From positions 1 to 58,711 of the forward strand of contig PEUU01000020.1 of assembly GCA_002781185.1 (NCBI GenBank): a stretch of 58,711 nucleotides of DNA. Direction: 5' to 3'. The notes below the pieces were generated by a model that was not told the DNA's origin, ran no database searches, and was given only the letters and a program-made list of their open reading frames with translations. A program made the position numbers and the translations under genes. Source of the DNA: Candidatus Jorgensenbacteria bacterium CG03_land_8_20_14_0_80_38_39. GTDB lineage: Bacteria > Patescibacteriota > Minisyncoccia > UBA6257 > GWB1-50-10. Below are positions 36,247-45,400 of the stretch, in pieces. Numbering within the stretch: position 1 is the first letter of the stretch; every line of letters starts with the position of its first letter.

Positions 36247-36846
36247 TCAAATTTTTTGATAAAGATAAATCGTGTGCCAGCCGACTTTTTCAGATTTCAG
36301 CAAACGGTAATAATGATTTTCTAATTTAGGAGAAAAAGAAACGCAAAGTATTTTTGTTCCGGGTTTTAACTGAAACAACTGGGATTTAAACAGTTTTTCT
36401 ACCGGCTTCGGAAATAAATAAAGAAAAACGAAGGTGGCTTCTTCAAATTCTTCTTTTTCAATTTTAAGAAAATTTTGGGGGAAAATTTTTATTTTTGAAT
36501 TTAATCCCCTTATTTTAATAAAAAATTTAGACAGCCAATAAACACAAGGCGAGGCTTCAAAGCCAACGGCTTTTTTAATTCCAAAATTTTCTACGGCCGT
36601 TATCAAAACCCGACCGTCGCCGGAACCAAAATCAAAAAGAACGTCTTCTTCTTTTAAACCGCCAAATTTTAAAATTTCTTTTAAATATTTTTTTCTTAAG
36701 GAAACGAAAGGCGCGCCTAAGATTTCCGAATAAAACAAAGAGACATAAAAGAAAAGAGCCATTAATACTAAAAAGAACAAAACAATAATTAATAAAAATT
36801 CCAAAAGAGGAATTGCTTTAGAAACTAAAGAAAAAATGCCGGTCAT
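36247..36846 (-). CDS. Membrane-anchored class I SAM-dependent methyltransferase
   Basis: 199 aa with an N-terminal TM segment and SAM motif I DFGSGDGRV. Confidence 0.65.
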   Translation of the reverse strand: MTGIFSLVSKAIPLLEFLLIIVLFFLVLMALFFYVSLFYSEILGAPFVSLRKKYLKEILKFGGLKEEDVLFDFGSGDGRVLITAVENFGIKKAVGFEASPCVYWLSKFFIKIRGLNSKIKIFPQNFLKIEKEEFEEATFVFLYLFPKPVEKLFKSQLFQLKPGTKILCVSFSPKLENHYYRLLKSEKVGWHTIYLYQKI

Positions 36847-36883
36847 AGATTATATTATTTGTAATATTTTAACACAAAATTTT

Positions 36884-37786
36884 TTAAGGAATTTTATTAA
36901 ATAATCTCAATCTTTGTTCAACTACCTTTTCTATTTCCCCAATTACTTCCGGCATTACTTTGTAAGGGGCCACTTCTCCGGGATGTTCTTTTAAAGATTC
37001 TTCCAATCCCTTTCGCCAAACCAGCCGGATTTCGGTACTGATATGAATAATTGAAATGCCGGCATCAATGGCAGCCAAAAAATCTTCATCGCTAATACCC
37101 GAGCCGCCATGAAGAACTAAAGGAATTTTAACGGCTTTTTTTATCTCCCGAATTCTTTCAATGTCCAAACGGGGATTGCGGGCATTTTTAAACATTCCGT
37201 GAACATTGCCAACAGCCGGCCCTAATAAATCTATCCCCGTTTCCCTGACAAAGGTATTGGCATCTTCGGGTTTGGTAAAATCTTCGGGGCAAATAGCCAC
37301 TCCCGGCGGCACCTTTTTTAAAAGTTGCGAAGAACTGCCGATATAACCCAATTCTCCCTCAATTAAAATTTCTTTTCTCTGCCTGACGGCTATTTTCTTA
37401 ATTATCTTGACGGCTTTTTTTGTTTCTTTGATATTTTCTTTAAACGGCAACTTGCTAGCGTCAAAAAGAATTTCATTAAAGCCGACTTCTGCCGCTTCTT
37501 TTACTTTTTCCAACGAATGAGTATGGTCAGCGTTTAAAAATAACCAAAATCCGGCATTGGTTGAGACATCGCCGTATTCTTTGTTATAGCTGGCGACAAA
37601 ATCATAAATATGAGAAATTCCCAAATATTCGCGTTCTCCTTCAGAAACGCCGATAATAACCGGCACATCCAGTTTTATTGCTGCCCGAGCAATAGCTTCT
37701 AACTGTTCAAGGGTGGCAATATTAAAATGGCCGATGGCAATTTTTTTCTTTTCTGCTTCTTGAATTGCCTGTTTTAGGGTTTTCAT
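36884..37786 (-). CDS. fba: Class II fructose-bisphosphate aldolase family
   Basis: 300 aa with motifs GHFNIATLEQ, NADHTHS and LVLHGGSG. Confidence 0.85.
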   Translation of the reverse strand: MKTLKQAIQEAEKKKIAIGHFNIATLEQLEAIARAAIKLDVPVIIGVSEGEREYLGISHIYDFVASYNKEYGDVSTNAGFWLFLNADHTHSLEKVKEAAEVGFNEILFDASKLPFKENIKETKKAVKIIKKIAVRQRKEILIEGELGYIGSSSQLLKKVPPGVAICPEDFTKPEDANTFVRETGIDLLGPAVGNVHGMFKNARNPRLDIERIREIKKAVKIPLVLHGGSGISDEDFLAAIDAGISIIHISTEIRLVWRKGLEESLKEHPGEVAPYKVMPEVIGEIEKVVEQRLRLFNKIP

Positions 37787-37845
37787 AAATTTAAAATTTA
37801 ATGCCGTGATGTTGTCGGTTTTAAAAATTCCCGCATATTTTAATT

Positions 37846-38103
37846 TTATAATACTTTAAGCATGTCCGCTATTGACTGCTTTTTTACGTACACTTTAGAG
37901 ATTTCTTCACGCAAAACCAGTAAAAAATAATAATTATCCTGCCATTTTGGGTCAGTGAGCAATAAATCAACGAGGCCGAGCGCTCTTTCCAGAGAAGCTT
38001 GAAACATTTCCTGATTATTACTCCATTCTTTCGCTCTTAAAAGTTCGGACGCAACATTTAAAATCTGCTTATATTTGGAAAGTTTGAAAATTGTATTTTG
38101 CAC
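37846..38103 (-). CDS. Hypothetical protein
   Basis: 85-aa ORF in an operon-like position. Family unknown. Confidence 0.35.
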   Translation of the reverse strand: MQNTIFKLSKYKQILNVASELLRAKEWSNNQEMFQASLERALGLVDLLLTDPKWQDNYYFLLVLREEISKVYVKKQSIADMLKVL

Positions 38104-38105
38104 AA

Positions 38106-38297
38106 TCAGATAAGCAGTTTGTTAATTATTGCTTCAATACGTTTTCTTATTTGTTCATCAGAAATATCCAGGAAACGGTTGTGGGGCGGCTGAACATTTA
38201 TAAGCGAAATAAAATCAAGCGAACGGTCTTGAGGATAAAAATTTGCCCCCCCAGACATCTTAGTAATTAAAGGTTCCATACCAAAGTTAAATTTCAA
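38106..38297 (-). CDS. Hypothetical protein
   Basis: 63-aa ORF overlapping the upstream gene's stop by 11 nt. Confidence 0.3.
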   Translation of the reverse strand: MKFNFGMEPLITKMSGGANFYPQDRSLDFISLINVQPPHNRFLDISDEQIRKRIEAIINKLLI

Positions 38298-39540
38298 AAT
38301 ATCCTTTTAAAAGATTTTCTTGAGCAAATTTTTCCAGTTTCTTTTGATTAAAATATTCGCTAAAAATTTTGTTCCAAAGGGCTTCTTGATGATGATAAAG
38401 GTATTTAATCATTTCTTTTTCCTTAACCAAACTCATTACCGTGTCAACTAAATTAAAACTCACCAAAACTTCTTCTCCTATTTCATCTTTAAAATAATCC
38501 CCCACCCAATCCAAATTAAACCAAAAGCCCATTTCTTTGCCAAAATGATTAAAATGAGCGCCGCTTTTAATCAAATCTTCGCCGACCTTTGACCAATGAA
38601 TCGCCTCGGGACTGATATGAGGGAAGAATAAGCGCTGATCATTTTCGTCATCTTTGGCTAAATAACGTTGAATAACCAGCCAAGGAATTTTTTTGTCAGC
38701 CGTTGGCAGTTTTTCAATAACATCTCCACGCAAAAGCGAAATAAGGTCTTGAGAAAAATTGGAAGATTTTTTGGAAAGATTAAAAATTATCTGCGAATAA
38801 AAAGAAATTTCGTGAAAGTAATGAAAAATCAAACTGAGCATTCTTAAAAGTTCGCCGGAAAATCCCAAAGAAACGGGAATAACGAAAACCACTCCCATTT
38901 CCTTTAAATGGCTGATGTTGTGCCATTTTTTGGAAATAAAACTTTCGGCGGAAGAAACCCATTTAGAACTCAGGGCCAAAACTCTAATTTCCCTTTTTTC
39001 AAAATCTTCCGGCTTTAAATTTTCATACTCCTTGAAAAAAACTTGATTTAACCAATTTTTGTCTTCCCTAAAACGCAAGGCGCTGTAAATTTCCCATAAA
39101 TCTTCTTTGACAAGCATTTCCTCAACTGATTTGTATTTTAAATAAGACAAAATTTTCTGGGGCGGATTTTTAACTAAAAGTTCTTCGGCTTTTTCTTTTT
39201 TCAAAAAGAATCCCTCGGTTAGTCCGATAATTTTTTGGGCAAATTCTAAAACGCGCTGACAATCCTCGGAATCAGAAAGCCGCGGTTGCTTTAAGACTTC
39301 AAAAATAAGGTTGCCATCGGCTTCAATTTTTGAAATTAAGGCGTTGTAAATTTCCTTGGCATTGGCCTGAGCGGGAATATCCAATGTTAATAAACTTTCT
39401 TTTATTTTTTTCTCATTTTCTTGAACAATTTGCTCAAAAATCCTTTGACGGCCGGTCAAACGGGAAAACCGATCTTCCAAATGATGAATAACTCTTTTGT
39501 CCGCTCTTAAAATTTTGGCAATTTTTTCAATGGCTTCCAT
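38287..39540 (-). CDS. Hypothetical protein
   Basis: 417-aa ORF with normal composition. I recognise no family. Confidence 0.5.
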   Translation of the reverse strand: MEAIEKIAKILRADKRVIHHLEDRFSRLTGRQRIFEQIVQENEKKIKESLLTLDIPAQANAKEIYNALISKIEADGNLIFEVLKQPRLSDSEDCQRVLEFAQKIIGLTEGFFLKKEKAEELLVKNPPQKILSYLKYKSVEEMLVKEDLWEIYSALRFREDKNWLNQVFFKEYENLKPEDFEKREIRVLALSSKWVSSAESFISKKWHNISHLKEMGVVFVIPVSLGFSGELLRMLSLIFHYFHEISFYSQIIFNLSKKSSNFSQDLISLLRGDVIEKLPTADKKIPWLVIQRYLAKDDENDQRLFFPHISPEAIHWSKVGEDLIKSGAHFNHFGKEMGFWFNLDWVGDYFKDEIGEEVLVSFNLVDTVMSLVKEKEMIKYLYHHQEALWNKIFSEYFNQKKLEKFAQENLLKGYFEI

Positions 39541-39549
39541 AAATTTATC

Positions 39550-40569
39550 TCAAATTCGTTTTATTCTTATTTTTAAATTTTTCCAGCGGGGGTTTTGAAA
39601 TTCTTCTTTAGTTAAAATCCCTTCGGTGGCGCCCATTTTTTCAACCACGGCGGTGGCATTGGCGCTGGCTAATTGAGCCGCTCCTATAACATCTTCGGGT
39701 TTCAGTTGAGAAATATTGAAACGATTAAATCCTTTTTGGACCAAAAAAGCAGTAAAGCCAGAACCAAAAGCATCACCGGCGCCGGTTCGATCAACTAATT
39801 TTTTCTCTTGAAATGTATCTACCTTATAAACAAAACGACCATCAGAAATTGTCGCTCCCTTTTTCCCATTGGTAACAGCTAAAATGCCGGGCATTAATTT
39901 ATCAAGTTTTTTAAAAACCTCTTTTTCTTTTTTAAAAGAAATGCCGGTTAATCTTGCTGCCTCCTCTTCATTTAAAACCAAAAAAGTGATGTCTTTTAAG
40001 GAAGCTAAAATCTCTTGAGGCCGATGGCTTAAATGGTAACCCGAAGGATTAACAGCCACGCTGATATTATTTTTTGAAGCGAATTTTATTAATCTTTGAA
40101 AAATCTTAATAGACCTACCTGTTAAAGAAACATACCACCACCGGCTTTTTAATTTTTTAAAATCCAAATCGGAAAAATCAAGGGTATCAGAAGCGCCGCG
40201 ATAATTAAGAATTGTCCTTTCTCCAGAGGAAAGCAAAAGAACGGAATAAGCAGTCGGTTTTTTTGAGGTTTGAATCAAAAGATTTAAAGAAACGCCTTCT
40301 TTTTTCAAACGACGCCTGATTTCTTCACCAGAAACATCTTCTCCAATTTTAGCCAGGCAAGCAGTTCTTAAACCCTGACGGCTAAAAGTGACGCTGGCAT
40401 TAATCGCATTGCCACCAATGGTAAAAAAAACATCCTCCACTTCCAATTTTTCTCCCAAAGGCAAAAGATAAGCCCAGCCTGAAGCCGCTTTCAAAAAATG
40501 AGTGAGCTTAAAATTGACTTTAAAAAAAGCATCTCTGGTGGCTGAACCAATAGCAATAATATCGTTCAT
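39550..40569 (-). CDS. PfkB-family carbohydrate kinase (ribokinase-like)
   Basis: The ATG at 40569 gives MNDIIAIGSATRDAF. The PfkB signature DRTGAGDAFGSGF is present. The track start at 40806 adds an implausible 79-aa leader. Confidence 0.85.
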   Translation of the reverse strand: MNDIIAIGSATRDAFFKVNFKLTHFLKAASGWAYLLPLGEKLEVEDVFFTIGGNAINASVTFSRQGLRTACLAKIGEDVSGEEIRRRLKKEGVSLNLLIQTSKKPTAYSVLLLSSGERTILNYRGASDTLDFSDLDFKKLKSRWWYVSLTGRSIKIFQRLIKFASKNNISVAVNPSGYHLSHRPQEILASLKDITFLVLNEEEAARLTGISFKKEKEVFKKLDKLMPGILAVTNGKKGATISDGRFVYKVDTFQEKKLVDRTGAGDAFGSGFTAFLVQKGFNRFNISQLKPEDVIGAAQLASANATAVVEKMGATEGILTKEEFQNPRWKNLKIRIKRI

Positions 40570-40630
40570 TTTAATTATTATACCAAAAAACAACTCTTTT
40601 AAATACTTTAATAAATTATTGAAAAATGAA

Positions 40631-40687
40631 TAAAAAACTCGATTCATGCCAAACAAATAATTTTTGTTCTTTAGGCCTGAATCGAGT
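40631..40687 (-). terminator. Intrinsic terminator (minus strand)
   Basis: The stem is actcgattca/tgaatcgagt with an inner aacaaa/tttgtt stem. A T-run follows on the minus strand (taaaaaa on the plus strand). Confidence 0.7.
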
Positions 40688-40714
40688 AAGCTGTGGCATC
40701 CATATTGACCTCCT

Positions 40715-40960
40715 TTAGATTCTCTTATTGCGGCTATCTTTAGCCAGTCGCAATTTGATTGGATTTTGGAAATTGATGAACTCGGTAAAAAGTTCATTAC
40801 CACCAACCCGGCGAAATACTATTTTTACAAAATTCTTTGCCGAGTCGTCGGTGAGTATTTCCTCAATCTCCTCTATGACTGCCGGCGTTACCCTGTCGGC
40901 AGTTTCTAATAATGCCACCATTGGAAGGCTATAAACACCTTCCTTAACATTTTCAGCCAA
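40715..40960 (-). CDS. Hypothetical small protein (island module 1)
   Basis: 81-aa ORF with a TTG start. The C-terminus LRLAKDSRNKRI is related to that of 41593-41901. Coding status is uncertain. Confidence 0.3.
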   Translation of the reverse strand: MAENVKEGVYSLPMVALLETADRVTPAVIEEIEEILTDDSAKNFVKIVFRRVGGNELFTEFINFQNPIKLRLAKDSRNKRI

Positions 40961-41222
40961 GGTTTTCCATTTTTGAAAAACGGACTGGTTAAAAACATAT
41001 CCCGGGTAGCTGTGCCTATGATTATAACATCAATCATTATTAAAATTATACCTTAAAAATGTAAAATTTTCTAGCATTGTTTATAAAAACAGCTATCATT
41101 AGGAGAACCCAGCGCCTGTTTTCGTTACGGAATGTCTCTTGACATCCGAAGCTTACAACAGGCTGATAGTGAAAAGATTTTTTCTAGTTAATCTAGATTG
41201 TAAATAACGCTATGATTTTTTA

Positions 41223-41266
41223 TTAATTTCTCATTAATTTCTCGTAGATTTCTCATAGATTTCTCA
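41223..41266. repeat. Four tandem 11-bp iteron-like repeats
   Basis: ttaatttctca ttaatttctcg tagatttctca tagatttctca. A further aatttctca lies at about 41436. Confidence 0.85.
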
Positions 41267-41486
41267 AATCTCTAGTTAACATTATATAGGATTAATCTTT
41301 TATAACGTCTTATAAAGAGTAACGTTTTATAAATAATTGTGAAATATTATTAAAGAGCTAGTCATTTTCAAATTAATTTCTAATTCTAGAAATAAGCCGG
41401 TAAAACTATACAAGTCAATTATTATTTATCCTAATAATTTCTCATACTTATACTCAAAAAATTATCTGCTAATGAATGGGCTTTGC

Positions 41487-41550
41487 AAAAAAAAATAAAA
41501 ACTCGACTCACGCTCAGACATTTTGAATGTCGTCAGTGCATGAATCGAGT
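41487..41550 (-). terminator. Intrinsic terminator (minus strand), paralog of 40631-40687
   Basis: The stem is actcgactca/tgaatcgagt with an inner gacatt/aatgtc stem. A T-run follows on the minus strand. Confidence 0.7.
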
Positions 41551-41592
41551 TAGTTCCTGAGTGGGTAACATGGCTAAGCTCCTCTAGTGGGT

Positions 41593-41901
41593 TTATAGAG
41601 TTAGAAACACCATCTTCCCTCTACTGTCCTTGGCGATCTTTAGCGTCTGGGGGTTCTCTTTGGTGATAACGACAGTTTCCTTCTGCCCAAGCTTCCATAA
41701 ATTTAGCTTTCGAACCTCCAGTTCAATAACTATTTTGGCAGGGTCCCGGTCGTGCCGCACCACCACTTTCTCAATTTCATACCCCATCTTGCTACTGGTG
41801 TTCTCAACAATCCCACAAAGAGGAGGAATATACTCTTCCATCCCAATCAGCGTCGCCAGCATCTCCCACTCAGCTACGACGCTCACCCACTGCTTTTTCA
41901 T
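41593..41901 (-). CDS. Hypothetical protein (island module 2)
   Basis: 102 aa with an ATG preceded by the SD-like aaggaaggtg 6 nt upstream and a duplicated ataagaaagg. The C-terminal LKIAKDSRGK is related to module 1. Confidence 0.45.
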   Translation of the reverse strand: MKKQWVSVVAEWEMLATLIGMEEYIPPLCGIVENTSSKMGYEIEKVVVRHDRDPAKIVIELEVRKLNLWKLGQKETVVITKENPQTLKIAKDSRGKMVFLTL

Positions 41902-42056
41902 AGCACACCTTCCTTTCTTATCCTTTCTTATGAAATTGTAAATTTGCTCCCTTTTTCTATTATAGAAAAGTAAAAAGAAATATCAACCTTTTAAAAATTT
42001 TTTTAACTGGGGTTTCAATTAGTTTGAGTGGCTTGGCCGCTTAACTTAGGCGCTGA

Positions 42057-43049
42057 TTATCTTTTTCTTTTAAGAGCCTTCTTAACAGCCATCTTTATAT
42101 GCGATATCCCTATTCCATATTTCTCCAAAAGTTGGGCGGGTGAACCTGATTCACCAAAGACATTTTTGATGCCGACGAATTCAATGGGCACTGGCTGTTT
42201 TTGGGCTAAAACCTCACTGACCGCGCTTCCCAATCCTCCGTAAACTTGATGTTCTTCCACTGTTACTATGGCTCTATATTTTTTAGCCAATTCAACAATC
42301 GTTTTTTCATCAAGAGGTTTAATAGTATGACAATTGACAACGACGACGCCGATTTTTTCTTTTTCCAATTCTTGAGCAGCCAAAAGAGCGTTGAATAAAA
42401 TCGGACCGCAGCCAATAATAGCCACCTGCGGCTTTCGCGATTGATAAAAAATTTCTGCTTTCCCGGGAATGAATGACGTTTCTTCAGTTGTTAAAACCGG
42501 AGTTTTTTCCCGGTTGAATCTTAAATAAACCGGCCCCCAGATTTTTGCCGCGGCAACCGTGGCTTTTTTAGCTTCAATCGCGTCGCAAGGAACAATAACT
42601 TTCATATTGGGCATTGAACGCATCAAAACAATATCTTCGGTTGCCTGATGAGTAGCGCCGTCAGGACCAACAGAAATACCCGAATGATGGCCGGCAATTT
42701 TCACATTAGAATCATTGTAAGCAATCGTTGTCCGGATTTGCTCCCAATTTCTTCCCGGCGAAAAAACCGCGTAAGAAGAGATAAAAGGAATTTTGCCGGA
42801 GATGCCTAAACCGGCGGCAATGGTTGCCATATTTTGTTCGGCGATTCCGCATTCAAAAAATCTTTCGGGAAATTTTTTGGCAAAGGCTTCGCAACGAGTG
42901 GATTCAATTAAGTCCGCGCACAAAACAACCACATTAGGATTTTCTTCACCGGCAATCAAAAGACCTTCACCATAGCCATCGCGCGTCGGTTTTTGCTCGA
43001 TATCGGCATCAAATAGTTTGGGGTTCAATTTGAGATTTGGGTTGATCAT
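42057..43049 (-). CDS. Transketolase, C-terminal half (pyrimidine-binding + C-terminal domains)
   Basis: 330 aa with motifs ECGIAEQNM and GPDGATHQ. Confidence 0.9.
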   Translation of the reverse strand: MINPNLKLNPKLFDADIEQKPTRDGYGEGLLIAGEENPNVVVLCADLIESTRCEAFAKKFPERFFECGIAEQNMATIAAGLGISGKIPFISSYAVFSPGRNWEQIRTTIAYNDSNVKIAGHHSGISVGPDGATHQATEDIVLMRSMPNMKVIVPCDAIEAKKATVAAAKIWGPVYLRFNREKTPVLTTEETSFIPGKAEIFYQSRKPQVAIIGCGPILFNALLAAQELEKEKIGVVVVNCHTIKPLDEKTIVELAKKYRAIVTVEEHQVYGGLGSAVSEVLAQKQPVPIEFVGIKNVFGESGSPAQLLEKYGIGISHIKMAVKKALKRKR

Positions 43050-43190
43050 AAAATTTTTGTCCCGATTTTGTATCCCGCATAGCGGGATTTACAAAATCGA
43101 GGATCCACGATTTCTTTAATCCCGATCGTGAAGCGATCGTGGATAGAAATCGGGAGATTAAGTTTTAAATCAGGATTCAACATAGGAATT

Positions 43191-43250
43191 AGTAGTTAGG
43201 AGTTAGTAGTTAGTAGTTAGTAGTTAGTAGTTAGAAATTAGGAGTTAGTT
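43191..43250. repeat. Heptamer array agtagtt/aggagtt x8; left arm of the four-helix-bundle cassette
   Basis: agtagttaggagttagtagttagtagttagtagttagtagttagaaattaggagtt is the inverse of the taggagttagt units at 43630-43673. Confidence 0.85.
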
Positions 43251-43621
43251 TGTGAAGCGGATCTCAGTACTTGCGACAATTTATTTAACATTCGCATAAT
43301 CTCATTAAGTAATGAAATGATAGAATCGTACTCACTTATTGATATATAGCTCAATTCCTTTGATAACTCTAATTGAGTTTCTAATTCTGCACCAGAGGCA
43401 AAAGCGATATTAATAAATTGAGAATATTCTTTTGCGTGTCTCCGTAAATATCCTTCGGCAACATTGGAAGGAATCCCCACCGCCGCTCGTCTCATCTGAC
43501 TTACCAAACCATATGTCTCTGATTTGGGAAAATTTTTCGTTAACTTATAAACTTCTAAAACTAATTTCATAGATTTTTTCCAAACAATTAATTCTCTAAA
43601 TGATTTTGTTTTTGAATTCAT
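43238..43621 (-). CDS. Four-helix-bundle protein of the 23S rRNA intervening-sequence protein family
   Basis: 127 aa. FRELIVWKKSMKLVLEVYKLTKNFPKSETYGLVSQMRRAAVGIPSNVAEGY…GAELETQLELS is a classic pattern of this family. Confidence 0.85.
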   Translation of the reverse strand: MNSKTKSFRELIVWKKSMKLVLEVYKLTKNFPKSETYGLVSQMRRAAVGIPSNVAEGYLRRHAKEYSQFINIAFASGAELETQLELSKELSYISISEYDSIISLLNEIMRMLNKLSQVLRSASQTNS

Positions 43622-43629
43622 ATTTCTCG

Positions 43630-43673
43630 CTCCTAAATACTAACTCCTAGATACTAACTCCTAAACACTAAAT
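43630..43673. repeat. 14-bp units aactcctaNatact x3; right arm of the four-helix-bundle cassette
   Basis: ctcctaaatactaactcctagatactaactcctaaacacta. Confidence 0.85.
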
Positions 43674-43675
43674 CA

Positions 43676-44536
43676 TTATTGATGCTCTGATTTAATTCTC
43701 CTGCCAAGTGTCCTTAGTTCTTCTAATGCTTTTTTTGCTTCTTCTTTATTCGGCGGTTTGCCATGCCATTCAAATTTATTTTCCATAAAATCAACGCCTT
43801 TGCCGGGAATGGTATGGGCGATAATAACCGTTGGTTTTTCAAAAATAGCGACGGCTTCATTAACCGCATCAACCAATTCCCTCATATTATGGCCGTCAAT
43901 TTCAATCACCTGCCAATTAAAGGCTTCATATTTTTCTCTTAAAGGTTCCAGGGGCATAACATTTTCGGTAAAACCGTCAATTTGAATATTATTACGGTCA
44001 ATGACCGCGGTTAAATTACTTAAACGATATTTGGCGGCAAACATTACCGCTTCCCAAATATTACCTTCTTGTTGTTCGCCATCAGACATCAAACAATAAA
44101 TGCGATATTTTTTTCTATCAAGTCTCGCGGCTAAAGCCATTCCTATTGCCTGCGATAAACCGCAACCCAAAGGTCCGGAAGTAGTTTCAATGCCCGGCAA
44201 AGAACCCCGATGAGGATGACCTTGGAGCCGGGAATTTATTTTTCTCAAGGTTCCCAATTCTTCTAAAGGAAAATAACCGGCAAAAGCCAAAACCGCGTAA
44301 AGAGCCGGACAAATATGACCGTTGGACAAAACCAATCTGTCCCGCTCCGGCCAATGCGGTTCGCTCGGCCGATGATTTAAAATGTGAAAATAAAAAGCCG
44401 CCAAAATATCAGCCATCCCCAAAGAACCGGCTGAATGCCCCGAACCAGCTTCAACAAGCATTCTGATAATTGCCTGTCTAATTTCATTGGCTTTTTCTTC
44501 TAATTTTTTCAGTTTTTCTTCGTGAAGTGGTTCCAT
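43676..44536 (-). CDS. Transketolase, N-terminal half (thiamine-diphosphate binding)
   Basis: 286 aa with motifs GHSAGSLGMADI, SNGH and SDGEQQEGN. Confidence 0.9.
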   Translation of the reverse strand: MEPLHEEKLKKLEEKANEIRQAIIRMLVEAGSGHSAGSLGMADILAAFYFHILNHRPSEPHWPERDRLVLSNGHICPALYAVLAFAGYFPLEELGTLRKINSRLQGHPHRGSLPGIETTSGPLGCGLSQAIGMALAARLDRKKYRIYCLMSDGEQQEGNIWEAVMFAAKYRLSNLTAVIDRNNIQIDGFTENVMPLEPLREKYEAFNWQVIEIDGHNMRELVDAVNEAVAIFEKPTVIIAHTIPGKGVDFMENKFEWHGKPPNKEEAKKALEELRTLGRRIKSEHQ

Positions 44537-44655
44537 CTTTAAAGCAATTATAGCACTTTTTTAATTTATCTTAAAATGATTTTTCTTTTCAAAGGGGCTT
44601 TTAACATATCTTTCGGTTCTTTCCCGTTTTTTAATAAATTAAATAATTCTTTTTA

Positions 44656-44694
44656 GTTCTAAAACTTGGTTCTAAAACTTGGTTTTAAAACATT
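44656..44694. repeat. 13-bp direct repeat x2.5
   Basis: gttctaaaacttg gttctaaaacttg gttttaaaacatt. Confidence 0.8.
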
Positions 44695-44700
44695 CTTTAT

Positions 44701-44738
44701 TGTCACATTTAATACGCCATGGCATAATAGAGGTGACA
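44701..44738. promoter_or_regulatory. Imperfect 38-bp palindrome ending 1 nt before the paralog B start codon; candidate operator
   Basis: tgtcac-atttaatac-gccatggc-ataatagag-gtgaca. Confidence 0.55.
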
Positions 44739-44739
44739 A

Positions 44740-45354
44740 ATGCGAAATAATGACAATAAGAAAATGATACAAAGAGTTGATATCCGTAATATCCGGAAGA
44801 ACTCAAGAGCTTACAAGATTCTAAAATACCTTGCTCTCGGTTCTGGATTCATTATCCTCTCTACCATCTCGCCCTATGGTGGCGCTAGAGTGGTGAAAAG
44901 CCTTATTCAGAATTATCTTAGACGGAAGCGTTTTGAAAAATACCGATTCTTAACTGATTTAAAAAATTTACAAAAAAGAGATTTAATTGATTATCAAGAT
45001 CTCGGAAATGGCAATGTTAAGATAATTATCACCGCTCGGGGAAAACAAAAAGTTCTTCTCAACAATATTGATGAGATAAAACTAAAGAAACAAAAACGAT
45101 GGGATGGTAAATGGAGATTGATAATATTTGATATTCCTCATAGCCGCAAAGGAGCGCGCGACGCCTTCCGAAAAATATTGAAAAATTTGGGCTTCTATCC
45201 CCTTCAGAAAAGTGTTTTCATCACGCCTTATCCCTGTGAAAATGAAATAGATTTTATTGCCTCAATCTTTGACATCCGCCAAAATGTGCTCCTGCTCTAC
45301 GTAAACAATTTTGAAGGCGAAGAAAAACTAAAATATCACTTCAAAATTAAATAA
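44740..45354 (+). CDS. PaaX-like protein: winged HTH + Cas2-like domain (paralog B)
   Basis: 204 aa with an N-terminal hydrophobic segment. The wHTH segment is LKNLQKRDLIDYQDLGNGNVKIIITARGKQKV. The Cas2/PaaX-like motif is WDGKWRLIIFDIPHSRKGARDAFRKILKNLGFYPLQKSVFITPYP. Confidence 0.65.
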   Translation: MRNNDNKKMIQRVDIRNIRKNSRAYKILKYLALGSGFIILSTISPYGGARVVKSLIQNYLRRKRFEKYRFLTDLKNLQKRDLIDYQDLGNGNVKIIITARGKQKVLLNNIDEIKLKKQKRWDGKWRLIIFDIPHSRKGARDAFRKILKNLGFYPLQKSVFITPYPCENEIDFIASIFDIRQNVLLLYVNNFEGEEKLKYHFKIK

Positions 45355-45358
45355 ACTC

Positions 45359-45400
45359 TAGAATGTCACCGTTAGAATGTCACCGTTAGAATGTCACCGT
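45359..45400. repeat. 14-bp direct repeat x3, each carrying a TGTCAC half-site
   Basis: tagaatgtcaccgt occurs three times, starting 5 nt after the paralog B stop. Confidence 0.9.

Noticed and set aside
40569-40806. N-terminal 79-aa extension of the PfkB kinase ORF
   Set aside because: The extension has odd composition and reaches into the island region. The conserved kinase N-terminus starts at the ATG at 40569.
42057-44536. Split transketolase as a novelty
   Set aside because: Two-gene transketolases are common in archaea and many bacteria. Only the repeat and cassette content of the spacer is unusual.
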